Shown here: one piece after another, positions 1 through 9,722 of the stretch
Position numbering within the stretch: the first letter of the stretch is position 1
How the letters are laid out: the number at the start of each line of letters is the position of its first letter
Source: a phage
Direction: 5' to 3' (one strand)
Sequence record: PZ445446.1
Length of the DNA: 64,000 nucleotides
Notes under the pieces: generated by a model
Databases searched by the model: none
The model's input: only the letters and a program-made list of their open reading frames with translations
Told to the model about the DNA's origin: nothing
Program-made: the position numbers and the translations under genes

Positions 1-1
1 T

Positions 2-316
2 GGATATACTTTGCTATCATGCGCCTGCTCAGACACCTACGTTGTGTGGACACTTATCCGGAAGGAAGAGCCTGCAGGGATCTTGGTGCCAAACCCTAAG
101 ATTATTAGTGAGGTGGATGACTATTCCCAGGACGGCCTGCCAGAAGGCTGGGAAGTATGGGAAGGTGGTGAAAACCCTGCACCAGGTAAGTGGGTAAAAT
201 ATAAACTACGTAGTGGTGCACAGTACGCTGACTACTCTGATGACCTAGACTGGAGTCATTCTTCACCAGGATCGTCTGCAAGTTCATATGATATCGTTGC
301 TTTTCAGGAAGAATAA
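2..316 (+). CDS. hypothetical protein, probably 5'-truncated at window edge
   Basis: Frame open from window start; track ORF 11..316; no motif recognised. Confidence 0.35.
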   Translation, partial: GYTLLSCACSDTYVVWTLIRKEEPAGILVPNPKIISEVDDYSQDGLPEGWEVWEGGENPAPGKWVKYKLRSGAQYADYSDDLDWSHSSPGSSASSYDIVAFQEE

Positions 317-328
317 GGAGATAGTGTT

Positions 329-811
329 ATGTCAGATTTTATGTGGAAAGTAGGTTACGCAGCTCCTGAAATGTGTGAGGCTTGCTTTGTGAAAATAGGC
401 CGCGAGGATATCGACAAAGTGATCCTTAAGTTTCGTGATGTGGCTGTGATCGGCAACCGAGTGCTTAAGCACTTAAAGAATCTGAAGCTCACTAAAAAGA
501 AATTCTTCGGGCTTTTCGAAGAGAAAGTTGATGCTTGGACCCATTGCATTCAGGAAGCTAAATCTCACTACAGTGCTATCGTTACCCCAGAACGGGTAGC
601 CAAGATGGAAGGACTCATCAACAGCACAGAGTTTGAGTGTCTGAAAGCTGCACTCGATAGTTATCCGAAATGCCTCAAGCACTTGGACAAGTATGTAGAA
701 AAGGATGGGGAAATGTATCTCACCCTGAACGCATATTATGAGATGCAAGAAATTTTAAATTTAGATTTGACATTGGTATCCACCGAGTATACAATAGGTA
801 TCCGGGTTTAA
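329..811 (+). CDS. hypothetical protein
   Basis: ORF track 160 aa; GGAG-type RBS upstream of ATG; no motif recognised. Confidence 0.55.
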   Translation: MSDFMWKVGYAAPEMCEACFVKIGREDIDKVILKFRDVAVIGNRVLKHLKNLKLTKKKFFGLFEEKVDAWTHCIQEAKSHYSAIVTPERVAKMEGLINSTEFECLKAALDSYPKCLKHLDKYVEKDGEMYLTLNAYYEMQEILNLDLTLVSTEYTIGIRV

Positions 812-817
812 CACTAG

Positions 818-845
818 GCCCTGCCCGAAAGGGTGGGGCTTTTTG
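818..845 (+). terminator. intrinsic terminator (GCCCTGCCC-GAAA-GGGTGGGGC + T-run)
   Basis: 9-bp stem with GAAA tetraloop followed by TTTTT; same sequence recurs at 10964. Confidence 0.6.
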
Positions 846-862
846 CATTAGGAGACAGCAAA

Positions 863-1627
863 TTGAAATTTATCTACAAAGAACACTACCACAAAGGTGT
901 TGTGTGGAGCCTATTTGACGGATCTGGTGGTGCAGTCATTGACTGGGCAAAAGCTGGATATCTGTGCCTGTGCTTTAACGCAAAAGGTGCTGACCACGGC
1001 AGTTATGCAGAGGTGATCACCGATCATCCAAATATTCACTATGTAGATTATTGGATTGATCCATGGTTCCCTCAGGAAACTTTCTGCATGTACCCAGCTC
1101 CGGACTTTGTTCTTGCATTTCCTCCGTGCACCCACTTAGCGGTGTCAGGTGCTGCACACTTTAAGAAGAAGCTGGCTAAGGACCCGTTGATCCAGATTAA
1201 TGCTGTAAAGGATGCTCGGGTTGCAGAAGAGTTGGGAGAGATTTACGATTGCCCGTGGCATGTAGAGAATCCTGTGGGTGTTATGTCCACACTGTGGCGC
1301 AAACCTGATTACCGTTTTCACCCTTCTGACTATGGCGGGTATTTACCGGAGGATGATGTAAACCCCTGGTTTCCTGAATTTATAGCTCCACGTGATGCCT
1401 ATCCAAAAATAACTTGCGGCTGGATAGGTAATGGATTTATAATCCCGGCCACAAAACCTGTCCCGCAAATAGTTGACGCGGTTAGCGGGTATTCCATGCA
1501 ACACGCCAAGCTGGGTGGAAAGAGTGCAAGAACGAAGATGATCCGAAGCCTCACACCACGTGGCTGGGCAAAAGCCGTATTCTTAGCAAACGAGCCTGTA
1601 GTAAGGAGCAGAATTAATGGGAAGTAA
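863..1627 (+). CDS. DNA (cytosine-5)-methyltransferase-like
   Basis: Motifs LFDGSGG (motif I-like), FPPCTHLAVSG (PC catalytic motif IV-like), HVENPVG (ENV motif VI-like), GNG near C-terminus; start moved to in-frame TTG 863 after terminator and GGAGA RBS (track start 833 lies inside hairpin). Confidence 0.55.
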   Translation: MKFIYKEHYHKGVVWSLFDGSGGAVIDWAKAGYLCLCFNAKGADHGSYAEVITDHPNIHYVDYWIDPWFPQETFCMYPAPDFVLAFPPCTHLAVSGAAHFKKKLAKDPLIQINAVKDARVAEELGEIYDCPWHVENPVGVMSTLWRKPDYRFHPSDYGGYLPEDDVNPWFPEFIAPRDAYPKITCGWIGNGFIIPATKPVPQIVDAVSGYSMQHAKLGGKSARTKMIRSLTPRGWAKAVFLANEPVVRSRINGK

Positions 1628-3695
1628 ATTTATGGCATCTGCATACAACCGTTTCGGTGAGCCAAACCCGAAAGCAACTAAGTATAAAAGTGGGGGAAGT
1701 GTGAAACGAGACTATCGTGATGAAAAAGAGGTTGAAACTGTAGAGACTGTTTTAGAAAATACTAAAATTGTCCCTGTTCCACAACAAAATATCGGTCTGA
1801 TGGCTGCACAATATTTTGGTGTGCGATCAGCATTGTCTCAAGAAGACGGTGTGACAGTTACTGCAACATATTTCCCATATTACGACCGCTACGGAAATCT
1901 GTCAGGTTTCAAAAAGCGTGACTGGACGATTCCTAAAGAGCAAAGGGGCCATTTCTCAGTTGTTGGCATAGTAAAGGCTAACTCTCAGATGTTTGGGCAA
2001 AAGCTGTGTGCATCTTCCAACAACCGTAAGCAAATTAACGTTTGTGAGGGGGAAGGTGATGTTATTGCAGCATGGCAGGCTGCATATCAGATACAAGTAA
2101 AAGGGATTCTCACCAACGCTAAAGCCCCGGCAAAGGTGAAGCAGTGGGCTAAAGAGGTCCAGGACGGGATCGATGCAGTTATCAACGGTGGTGATCTGGC
2201 AGGAAAACCCTGCCTACCTTTTGTTGGAATTAACTGTGGATGTGCAAACGCAGTAGATACTTTTGCAAACAATGAGAAGTTTATCCGTAGCTATGGAACA
2301 GTTGTGCTGGCAATGGATAACGATGCAGCTAACGAGGTAGAGAAGCAAAAACACGTCATTAAAGGTGTCGAGGCCACGCACAATATCGCAGCATTTTTGA
2401 TGGCTGATAACGTTTACCACGTAGAATACCCTGGTGAAGTAAACGACCCTGACGGTGTAAAAGATATCCGAGACATGCTGAAGGCTAAAAAGCTGGAAGA
2501 TATTGTCAACATGTTCCGGCATCCTGTTAAATATGTGCCTGATGCTGTGTCGGATTTAGAAGACTTCTCTATCGAGTCTTTGCGGAAAAAGACTTCCAAC
2601 GGGGTAGATATCAGCGCAGAGTTCCCAAAACTGCAAAAAATGCTAAAAGGCTTGCACAAAGGTACACTCGTAATGCTTACAGGCCCATCAGGTGGCGGTA
2701 AAACAACCGTAGCTAAAAAACTGGAACACTGTATTGCAAGATACCTAATGGACCCGACATGCCCGAAGGCTGATGACTATGAAGAGGATGATCGTCTATG
2801 TATGATCCATCTTGAGGAGGACCCAGAGGAAGCAATTAACTCCTTGTATGCAAACCAGTTAGGGTTTGATGTTAAAGAGTTTGTTGAAGATCCTAGCCAG
2901 TTTTTAACTGATCAAGAACACGCAGAGATTCATCAGTCATGGGCAAAAGCTGGAAAAATCAAAGTGTTCAAACATTTCGGGTCTATTCCGGTGGATGAGT
3001 TGATTACCAAGCTTAAGCAAATGGTTTGCCTGTACCATTGCCGTTATATTGTGCTGGATCACCTGTCCATGGTAATTTCAGGGCTTAATGTTAAGGATGA
3101 GCGAAAAGAACTGGACATGGCTATGACCCAACTGGCTGCGTTTTGTAAGCAGTTTAATGTGTTTATCTTGGTGATCGCTCACCTCAAACGTACAGAGATT
3201 GTGCCTCCTAAGGACAAGGATGGTAACCCGTTACCTTTCTGGTATCCTGTGCGAAAAGAGAATTTGCGAGGATCGGCTGGGCTTGAACAGTTGAGTTGGG
3301 TAGTTATAGGTGTCGAGGCCGAAGAAATGGTGGATCGTTCTCGTGGGCGTGTCCGTCTGGTAGGTCTTAAAAACCGTCCAGCAAAAACTTTAGGTATTGC
3401 TGACACTTTAGTTATGGACCCGCACACAGGTAAGTTCCATGATGCCAGTAACTGGTACTGGGACAAAGAAATGCAAATGTTTACAGACGGAGAAGGTGGG
3501 GAGGTTGTTTGGAGACCTCAGGCTATGTTTGAGGATCAGGAGCATGCAGTTGTAGAAACACCTATGGGCAAGGTTGTGGCTGATAAGGTTGTAACTCCTA
3601 CTGTTAAGCCTGTTGACACGCAGGAAGACCTCCAGTACGATGATCCGTCCTCTGACCATGTTCCTGGTTTTGAGGATGATGAAACACCTTTTTAA
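1617..3695 (+). CDS. T7 gp4-like primase-helicase (TOPRIM primase + DnaB-like helicase)
   Basis: TOPRIM-like EGEGD and AMDNDAANE motifs; Walker A GPSGGGKTT; AAGGAG RBS; acidic C-terminus ...DDETPF. Confidence 0.8.
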   Translation: MGSKFMASAYNRFGEPNPKATKYKSGGSVKRDYRDEKEVETVETVLENTKIVPVPQQNIGLMAAQYFGVRSALSQEDGVTVTATYFPYYDRYGNLSGFKKRDWTIPKEQRGHFSVVGIVKANSQMFGQKLCASSNNRKQINVCEGEGDVIAAWQAAYQIQVKGILTNAKAPAKVKQWAKEVQDGIDAVINGGDLAGKPCLPFVGINCGCANAVDTFANNEKFIRSYGTVVLAMDNDAANEVEKQKHVIKGVEATHNIAAFLMADNVYHVEYPGEVNDPDGVKDIRDMLKAKKLEDIVNMFRHPVKYVPDAVSDLEDFSIESLRKKTSNGVDISAEFPKLQKMLKGLHKGTLVMLTGPSGGGKTTVAKKLEHCIARYLMDPTCPKADDYEEDDRLCMIHLEEDPEEAINSLYANQLGFDVKEFVEDPSQFLTDQEHAEIHQSWAKAGKIKVFKHFGSIPVDELITKLKQMVCLYHCRYIVLDHLSMVISGLNVKDERKELDMAMTQLAAFCKQFNVFILVIAHLKRTEIVPPKDKDGNPLPFWYPVRKENLRGSAGLEQLSWVVIGVEAEEMVDRSRGRVRLVGLKNRPAKTLGIADTLVMDPHTGKFHDASNWYWDKEMQMFTDGEGGEVVWRPQAMFEDQEHAVVETPMGKVVADKVVTPTVKPVDTQEDLQYDDPSSDHVPGFEDDETPF

Positions 3696-3753
3696 TGTTT
3701 AACAAAGAGTGGGAGGGGTAGTACAACCGCCTCCCCTTTAAGGAGAACTGTAT

Positions 3754-6531
3754 ATGAGCATGTGGTCGTTCGATTTTGAGTCATCCGGTTTGCTGGAAGA
3801 CCCAGATCTTTATTATCACTGCGGCCTGTTTAAAGAGCTGAATAAGAACCGTTTTATGCTGTTCCTTCCTCTGAATGACCGCACACACTACTCCGAGGAG
3901 GATATAGAGAAGGCCAAGAACTTTATTCTGGCAAAGAAAACTCTTTATAAGGATTTTGAAGTTCGCATAGCAGATTTTTCGGAGTTGGAAGGTTGGCTTA
4001 CAGGAAATTCTGACTGGTCACCAACAGCTTTGAACTGCCATAACTGCTACAGTTATGACTTTATGCTGATGGAGAGATTATCCGGTATTCATTTTGATAT
4101 GTTCCGTGATCCTAAATGCATGGGGACTATCAACGACCACCAGGTTAACCTGTTTGATACGTTGGCGATGAGCAGAATCTTGTGGCCTGATCGCCCTTTA
4201 CCAAAAGGTTGTCCGGACTCTGTATTCAACCCGGTTACTAAGAAAATGCAGCCTGTTGGTCCTCACGGCCTTATGGCATGGGGCTACGCCCTTGGTAACC
4301 AGAAAGTTCAAATTGATGACTGGCGCGATCTTCCGTTGTGGAAGTATGTGGATCGTGTATTCGAGGACGTTATCATCCAGGAGCTGCTCTGGAAAGAGCT
4401 GGTAGCGGAATCAAAAGGTGTATTCTACGGCAAATCTGACATGCAGAACTTTATGTACGATCCAGCCAAAGAGAAGCCGAAAGGGTTCAAGAAAATCACC
4501 TGGAAGAACGCATTACGCCGAGGCATGCTGCAGCACTTCCTGATGGAGCTGCAGGCCCGTCAGGGTGTGTATTTCGACATAGATGGGGCTATTGCTTTAC
4601 GTGACCGTTGCGATGCGTGGATGAAAGAGATCGCTGATCGTGTTGAACCTCAACTTCCTTTAAAAGAGTTGTCAATGTCTCAGCGACCCAAGTTCCCTGA
4701 AAAGCCGTTTAACCAAGATGGGACAATCTCCAATAATGGTTGGAAATGGTTAAAAGATAAGCTTGGCTATCCTGTAGACATGAGCGCTTTAGAATTCAAA
4801 GCCCCGCCTAAGCGAGCATTTACCTCCACAGGAGATGTCAGCAAGATGGGGATAAAATGGTGCGAAGAGATGGGCTGCAAAGACCCCGACAAGATGGCTG
4901 ATTTCTTGAGAGGTTATATTAAGGGCACCTCCACACCACAACCTTTACCTAAAGAGCTGATGGATCAGGCAATAAGTGATCTGCAGCAGAAGCGAATGCC
5001 TGACTGCAAGATACCTATGAAAATCAGCAATCAGGACGACATTAAGCGATACCTGATCAGTGCTGGTTGGCTTCCGACAATGTGGAGAACTAAGGATGTA
5101 ACTAAGGACAGCAAGAAGAAAGCTCTACCTGATGCAGATGTTGATGCACGAGTATATGCATACATGGACGAGCTTTTAGAGTCAGAGTATTGTGACCTAA
5201 TTATCAACTTCTGGAACAAAACTGATGCTAAGTTTCAGACAACAGTGCACAAGTTCCGAAGCTTTCCTAACTCCGAAAGGATTAAAAAGGAAGTGTTCGG
5301 GAAAATACGCAGAAAAGCCAGGGCACTTATTACTTCTCCGCAACTGAAAGATACGTTTGGACACCTATGTCCGAATCTTGAAAAATTGAACGGAGAGATG
5401 GCTAAAGATATCGTCTTGTGGTTATCATTGCGAAACCGCAGATCGGTCCTTGATCCAATCAAGGAGGATAAGGTTGATACTGGTCTTCTTAATCACCCAC
5501 GTTTGAAGATTGACCATAAGCTTCCTGCTAAAAGCTCTGGATTAACAAACACTTCCCGACAGAAACACAGTATTTGTGCAAACATGCCTAAACCATCTCC
5601 TAAAGTGGTTATGGGTAAAGAGATGCGTAGCTTGTGGGGTGTTCCTCCTGGATATTTTGAGATCGGTATTGACGGGTCCAACTTAGAGCAGCTTATCGGG
5701 GCTTGGGGTGCCTTTGAGTTCGACAACGGCTTGTACTATGATGTTGTAAGTAACGGAGACGCACACCAAAACAATGCTGAGGCATATACAAAAGTAGCAG
5801 GCAGAGAGGTGTCTCGTAACGACGGTAAACCTATCACGTATGGGGTTATGTACGGGGCACAAAAAGATAAAGTTGCAGATATGCTGGATATCTCCCCAGA
5901 GTTGGGGCAAAGGGTGATCGATGCACTTTGGGATGCCAACCCCGGTCTTAAGGGGCGCAAAGAGGATCTGGAGAAATTCTGGGAAGCAACAGGTAAGAAG
6001 TTTATCTACTCTTTTGATGGTCATGCTATCTGGACCCGATCTAAACACTCTTTACTTAATGCATACCAACAAAATGGTGGTGCATCGCTGTGTGACTTAG
6101 TTGGGATACTCATGCACCACCAAATGGTGAAGCGTGGGTGGTACGATGAAGGTGTCCGTCGTATTATTTATTACCATGATGAGTACCAACTTCAGGTCCC
6201 TGACACACCTAAGTATAAGACTGTGTACACCTTCGACACAATTGAAGAATTGGAAGCATTTAAGGCAGAGCAGGAGGCCAAACTTCATGTGTTCGACGGT
6301 CATAAGTACAAAAAGGCACGCAAGGATGAAAACGGAAACGAAGTGGTTGACAGAGACGGAAACACGGTGTACGATCCTATCCTGAACGATGACGGAAAGC
6401 TTGAACTTATCTGGAGCCCTGTGGGTGAAATGGTGGTGCATTGCTTCTGGCAAGCTTCTAAAATGATGGGCGTTCCATTCCAGATCACAGGTGAATACTT
6501 GTGCGGTCGTAACTGGGGTGATTGTCACTAA
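3754..6531 (+). CDS. family A DNA polymerase, T7 gp5-like, with insertions
   Basis: N-terminal exo motif FDFESSG..YHCG; AWGYALG; motif B-like TYGVMYGAQ; motif C YYHDEYQ; C-terminal NWGDCH resembling T7 gp5 end; 925 aa. Confidence 0.85.
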   Translation: MSMWSFDFESSGLLEDPDLYYHCGLFKELNKNRFMLFLPLNDRTHYSEEDIEKAKNFILAKKTLYKDFEVRIADFSELEGWLTGNSDWSPTALNCHNCYSYDFMLMERLSGIHFDMFRDPKCMGTINDHQVNLFDTLAMSRILWPDRPLPKGCPDSVFNPVTKKMQPVGPHGLMAWGYALGNQKVQIDDWRDLPLWKYVDRVFEDVIIQELLWKELVAESKGVFYGKSDMQNFMYDPAKEKPKGFKKITWKNALRRGMLQHFLMELQARQGVYFDIDGAIALRDRCDAWMKEIADRVEPQLPLKELSMSQRPKFPEKPFNQDGTISNNGWKWLKDKLGYPVDMSALEFKAPPKRAFTSTGDVSKMGIKWCEEMGCKDPDKMADFLRGYIKGTSTPQPLPKELMDQAISDLQQKRMPDCKIPMKISNQDDIKRYLISAGWLPTMWRTKDVTKDSKKKALPDADVDARVYAYMDELLESEYCDLIINFWNKTDAKFQTTVHKFRSFPNSERIKKEVFGKIRRKARALITSPQLKDTFGHLCPNLEKLNGEMAKDIVLWLSLRNRRSVLDPIKEDKVDTGLLNHPRLKIDHKLPAKSSGLTNTSRQKHSICANMPKPSPKVVMGKEMRSLWGVPPGYFEIGIDGSNLEQLIGAWGAFEFDNGLYYDVVSNGDAHQNNAEAYTKVAGREVSRNDGKPITYGVMYGAQKDKVADMLDISPELGQRVIDALWDANPGLKGRKEDLEKFWEATGKKFIYSFDGHAIWTRSKHSLLNAYQQNGGASLCDLVGILMHHQMVKRGWYDEGVRRIIYYHDEYQLQVPDTPKYKTVYTFDTIEELEAFKAEQEAKLHVFDGHKYKKARKDENGNEVVDRDGNTVYDPILNDDGKLELIWSPVGEMVVHCFWQASKMMGVPFQITGEYLCGRNWGDCH

Positions 6532-6580
6532 TGTAAACTATCAGCACAGGGAGGTGCTGTTGAGCAAAGAGGAGACTTTT

Positions 6581-6865
6581 ATGGTAGTAGAGCCAACAAA
6601 AACATTTACATCCATGACCATTCCTGTTATTATGCAGGTGGAGTGTGTTCAGGTATCTCAAGTGTGGCCTGGCACCAAAATCCCAACAGGGCCTGATTTC
6701 TTTCAGGTTGGGAAAGTGTACAATGTCTGGAAGGCACCAGATTGTTACCCTTTCATTAAAGATGACCGTGGGATGCTGTGGTATCTTGGAAATGACTTGA
6801 CACTGCACCTTGGGAATGCTATTATTGCAGTATTCAGACTTAACAAGAAGGAGACCGATCAATGA
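6581..6865 (+). CDS. hypothetical protein
   Basis: Track ORF 6491..6865 trimmed to ATG 6581 with AAAGAGGAG RBS. Confidence 0.5.
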   Translation: MVVEPTKTFTSMTIPVIMQVECVQVSQVWPGTKIPTGPDFFQVGKVYNVWKAPDCYPFIKDDRGMLWYLGNDLTLHLGNAIIAVFRLNKKETDQ

Positions 6866-7089
6866 CGACTTTGGTTAAAGCTACCTTTGTAGAAGAAAAG
6901 ATGACAGACCTGTCATTCTTTAAAGAAGGAAAGACCTACGAGGTTTATTACGATAAAGCTCGTGCAAACAAAATGATTAAAGACGAGGAAGGGGTTGCCT
7001 GGTATATCTCTCACCTGGCAAACGGTGAGTATCATATCTACGGAACCACTTTGCTTGCCAAGTTTGTAGTTGTTGAAGAGGACCTATGA
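6862..7089 (+). CDS. hypothetical protein
   Basis: ORF track 75 aa; ATGA overlap with upstream stop. Confidence 0.5.
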   Translation: MTTLVKATFVEEKMTDLSFFKEGKTYEVYYDKARANKMIKDEEGVAWYISHLANGEYHIYGTTLLAKFVVVEEDL

Positions 7090-7280
7090 AAGTAAAGTAT
7101 CTTGCTGAAGGTATGAATAGGTATTTTACCCTTGGTGAAGAATATTGGCCCTTTACAAACAACGGTGATGTCTACGTGAAAGATAATTTCGGCACGCCGT
7201 GGTTTCTGCACTCTAATGGGCTGGGATACTCCATTTACTGCGGTGCAGTGAACAACACAACTCTTGCAGAGTTCGTTTAG
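7086..7280 (+). CDS. hypothetical protein
   Basis: ORF track 64 aa; overlapping stop-start. Confidence 0.45.
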   Translation: MKVKYLAEGMNRYFTLGEEYWPFTNNGDVYVKDNFGTPWFLHSNGLGYSIYCGAVNNTTLAEFV

Positions 7281-7290
7281 AGGAGGTAGG

Positions 7291-7662
7291 ATGTTAGTAA
7301 AAGGTACCCATACAGTCAAACAACGTATTGAAGTTGAGATTGATGATTGTGAGCTGAAGCATATTTTACGGTCATGCTCCAACGTTTTGCTCCTTAGTAT
7401 TCTCCAGGAGCGAGCGGAGAACGAGTTCTTAAATGCACTGGCAGGCCGCCCTGGTGATTTCTGTGTGCGTAAGCGTGGTGACAACAAGTCATGGCTGTGG
7501 GAGATAGACGCAGAATGGGATTACCATAAAAATGAGGGTATAGATGAACCTATTCGTGAATTGACGGACAACGAGGTTCAGATGTACAATGAAGTTTGTC
7601 AGTGGGCAAAAAGTCAACAAACTTATCTTGATCCTTGGTGGATGATCGAAAATAGTCGTTGA
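7291..7662 (+). CDS. hypothetical protein
   Basis: Track ORF trimmed to ATG 7291 preceded by AGGAGG. Confidence 0.5.
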   Translation: MLVKGTHTVKQRIEVEIDDCELKHILRSCSNVLLLSILQERAENEFLNALAGRPGDFCVRKRGDNKSWLWEIDAEWDYHKNEGIDEPIRELTDNEVQMYNEVCQWAKSQQTYLDPWWMIENSR

Positions 7663-7687
7663 CAGGAAGTAAGATTAGATATAAGAT
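7659..7687 (+). promoter_or_regulatory. sigma70-like promoter candidate
   Basis: TTGACA 7659-7664, 17-bp spacer, TAAGAT; upstream of ORF 7739. Confidence 0.35.
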
Positions 7688-7738
7688 GCTTCACACAAAC
7701 AGAGCGTTGATTGTTTAACACTTAAGGAGACCGCTAAG

Positions 7739-7993
7739 ATGAAAATTACTCTGAAGCCAGAATGCGTTGAAAATGACCGAGCTTTTAAAGATTGCACAAT
7801 CGGTGCAATTTATGAAGCAGAGTTTTGTGAGAACCCTTTGGTAAAAGCCCTTCTGGAAGAAGGAGCTCCTCTATCACAGGAAGAGCTTGATGAGTTGGAA
7901 AACTCAGCACAGTGCCTTACCTTTAAAGATGATGAAGGAGACTCTGTCTGGTGCACTGTTAATGAAGTAGTTTTTGTAAAACCTGAACATTAA
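7739..7993 (+). CDS. hypothetical protein (paralog of 8057..8329)
   Basis: ORF track 84 aa; AAGGAG RBS; shares KP(E/D)..E.D.AF(K/R)DCT segment with next ORF. Confidence 0.55.
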   Translation: MKITLKPECVENDRAFKDCTIGAIYEAEFCENPLVKALLEEGAPLSQEELDELENSAQCLTFKDDEGDSVWCTVNEVVFVKPEH

Positions 7994-7996
7994 TGC

Positions 7997-8025
7997 TTGA
8001 CAACAGTCATAGGGCCTACTATAAT
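7997..8025 (+). promoter_or_regulatory. sigma70-like promoter with palindrome over -10
   Basis: TTGACA 7997-8002, 17-bp spacer, TATAAT 8020-8025; inverted repeat TAGGGCC..GGCCCTA flanks -10. Confidence 0.45.
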
Positions 8026-8056
8026 GGCCCTATCAAAACGGAAGGGGACCACAGCA

Positions 8057-8329
8057 ATGACCAAACAATATCAACGAATTAAAGCCAAGGTTAAGCCAGA
8101 CTATCTGGAGAAGGACTCTGCTTTTCGGGACTGCACAGCTGACAAAGTTTACACAGGGGCCGTCCTGTTGAACGATGAACTTGAAGTAGATATTCTGGGT
8201 AAAGAGGCCACTATTAAGGACGACCAAGGCGATTATGTTTGCTGCACCACACGTGAGCTAGAAATCTTAGAATACTTCGGTGAAATCTTCACCTCTCTTG
8301 ATGATTACTTAGATGATGAGGAAGCGTGA
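8057..8329 (+). CDS. hypothetical protein (paralog of 7739..7993)
   Basis: Track ORF 7997..8329 trimmed to ATG 8057 downstream of promoter. Confidence 0.5.
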   Translation: MTKQYQRIKAKVKPDYLEKDSAFRDCTADKVYTGAVLLNDELEVDILGKEATIKDDQGDYVCCTTRELEILEYFGEIFTSLDDYLDDEEA

Positions 8330-8718
8330 TGAAAAATATTTGGGATATCGATATCTTTGAAGCCTCTAAGCTTGATGGTGCTGATGGAGTGATTATGGTG
8401 TCTGATGGCAAGGCAACACTAACTTCTGGGGATATCATCTATGCCTTGGACGAGCTGGCGCTTCTGAAATCTACCGGTAACACTTTAGAGGAGCGTCTTC
8501 AAGGCTTCGCCTTCAAAGAAGGCACAAATACCGCCATGATGTGCACCACACGGACAGTTCAAGTTGGTAACGGTGTCTATATGATCATTGCTGTGTGTCC
8601 TAAATTCAGCAACGTCAACAAAGATGATGCTGACGCTGTCAACGATGTGGTTGTTCTCTTCGTGGGTGACGCTATGGCAGATCTGATGAATGCAGGAGAA
8701 GCAGCAAATGAAGACTGA
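8326..8718 (+). CDS. hypothetical protein
   Basis: ORF track 130 aa; ATGA overlap. Confidence 0.5.
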   Translation: MMKNIWDIDIFEASKLDGADGVIMVSDGKATLTSGDIIYALDELALLKSTGNTLEERLQGFAFKEGTNTAMMCTTRTVQVGNGVYMIIAVCPKFSNVNKDDADAVNDVVVLFVGDAMADLMNAGEAANED

Positions 8719-9010
8719 AAACATCACCCCCGCAGGGTTCTTAAAAGTATACCGTGAACTGCTATATACTACAGAGGACAGTGTTCTAGAGTATCCAGAA
8801 TATCTTTTGCTGTATAAGTATCTGCAGGAGGCTGGTGAAAATCTGCCAGTTAGTGCAGAAGGTGGTCCGAACTGGATATACAGCGCATGGAGAAAGGTTG
8901 ACATTCTCCCCGACCCAGGTAAAGATATGGTAGTTTGGCAGCTTATTAACAACATCGGGATTCCAATCTTTGATGAAGCTGTTAAAATCTATTTTGAACT
9001 TGACGATTAA
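8708..9010 (+). CDS. hypothetical protein
   Basis: Track ORF trimmed to ATG 8708 after AGGAG. Confidence 0.45.
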   Translation: MKTENITPAGFLKVYRELLYTTEDSVLEYPEYLLLYKYLQEAGENLPVSAEGGPNWIYSAWRKVDILPDPGKDMVVWQLINNIGIPIFDEAVKIYFELDD

Positions 9011-9027
9011 TATCAGGAGACCTTAAG

Positions 9028-9273
9028 ATGACTGAAGTAGTTGCTCGCGCAGGACAGAAAGTACGTTGTGTTGAAGTAGGTTTTGGTGGCAAAGGGTGTC
9101 AAAACTTGACTCAAGGTAAGGAATACGCTGTTATTTCTGGTGGTGGCGACGAAAGTATTGTGTTCGAGGGCCACATCCTGGATGCTGAAAACTTTGAAAT
9201 CTTTGACGACGATGGAGATCCGATCACCTGCCTGCTGGACGGGAATTGGGGAACTTTCGAAGTGATTGGCTAA
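9028..9273 (+). CDS. hypothetical protein
   Basis: ORF track 81 aa; AGGAGA RBS. Confidence 0.5.
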   Translation: MTEVVARAGQKVRCVEVGFGGKGCQNLTQGKEYAVISGGGDESIVFEGHILDAENFEIFDDDGDPITCLLDGNWGTFEVIG

Positions 9274-9356
9274 CAAATACCTATTGTAATTTACAGAAGG
9301 GGATGCTAAAATAGTGTCTCCTTCTATGTTGTTCAAATAAAATCGGAGATTCCATA

Positions 9357-9722
9357 ATGGAACAAATGAACGATCAAGCGTCGGTTGCGATGAACGAGCA
9401 AGAACAACCTCAAGAATTTTTCTTAGGGTTAAGTAAAGATCAAGTGTCTCTTCTGCTAGTGCTTTCTTCTTTCATGGGAAGACTTCAGGAGCTCACACAA
9501 CAGCCAGAGGCTGAACAATTATTCCAAGCTTTGCGTGAAGAAGAAAAATATCGTCGTTTGGACTATGCCTTAGGTTGGGTAGCTCAACAACGAGATATGC
9601 TGATGGCCCTCTCTGGGACCACAAGTTTTGCAATGGGCCTGCTGGCTCAAGTTCAGGACAAATTAATTCAAGCAGGGTTTGCACACACGGCAAACACTAA
9701 CGAAGAACAAGGAGACAAATAA
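9357..9722 (+). CDS. hypothetical protein
   Basis: ORF track 121 aa; GGAG RBS. Confidence 0.5.
   Translation: MEQMNDQASVAMNEQEQPQEFFLGLSKDQVSLLLVLSSFMGRLQELTQQPEAEQLFQALREEEKYRRLDYALGWVAQQRDMLMALSGTTSFAMGLLAQVQDKLIQAGFAHTANTNEEQGDK

Noticed and set aside
2087-6048. Antisense track ORFs inside the primase-helicase and DNA polymerase genes (e.g. 2214..2522, 5683..6048)
   Set aside because: Fully embedded antisense to well-supported long genes, no RBS; treated as frame noise.
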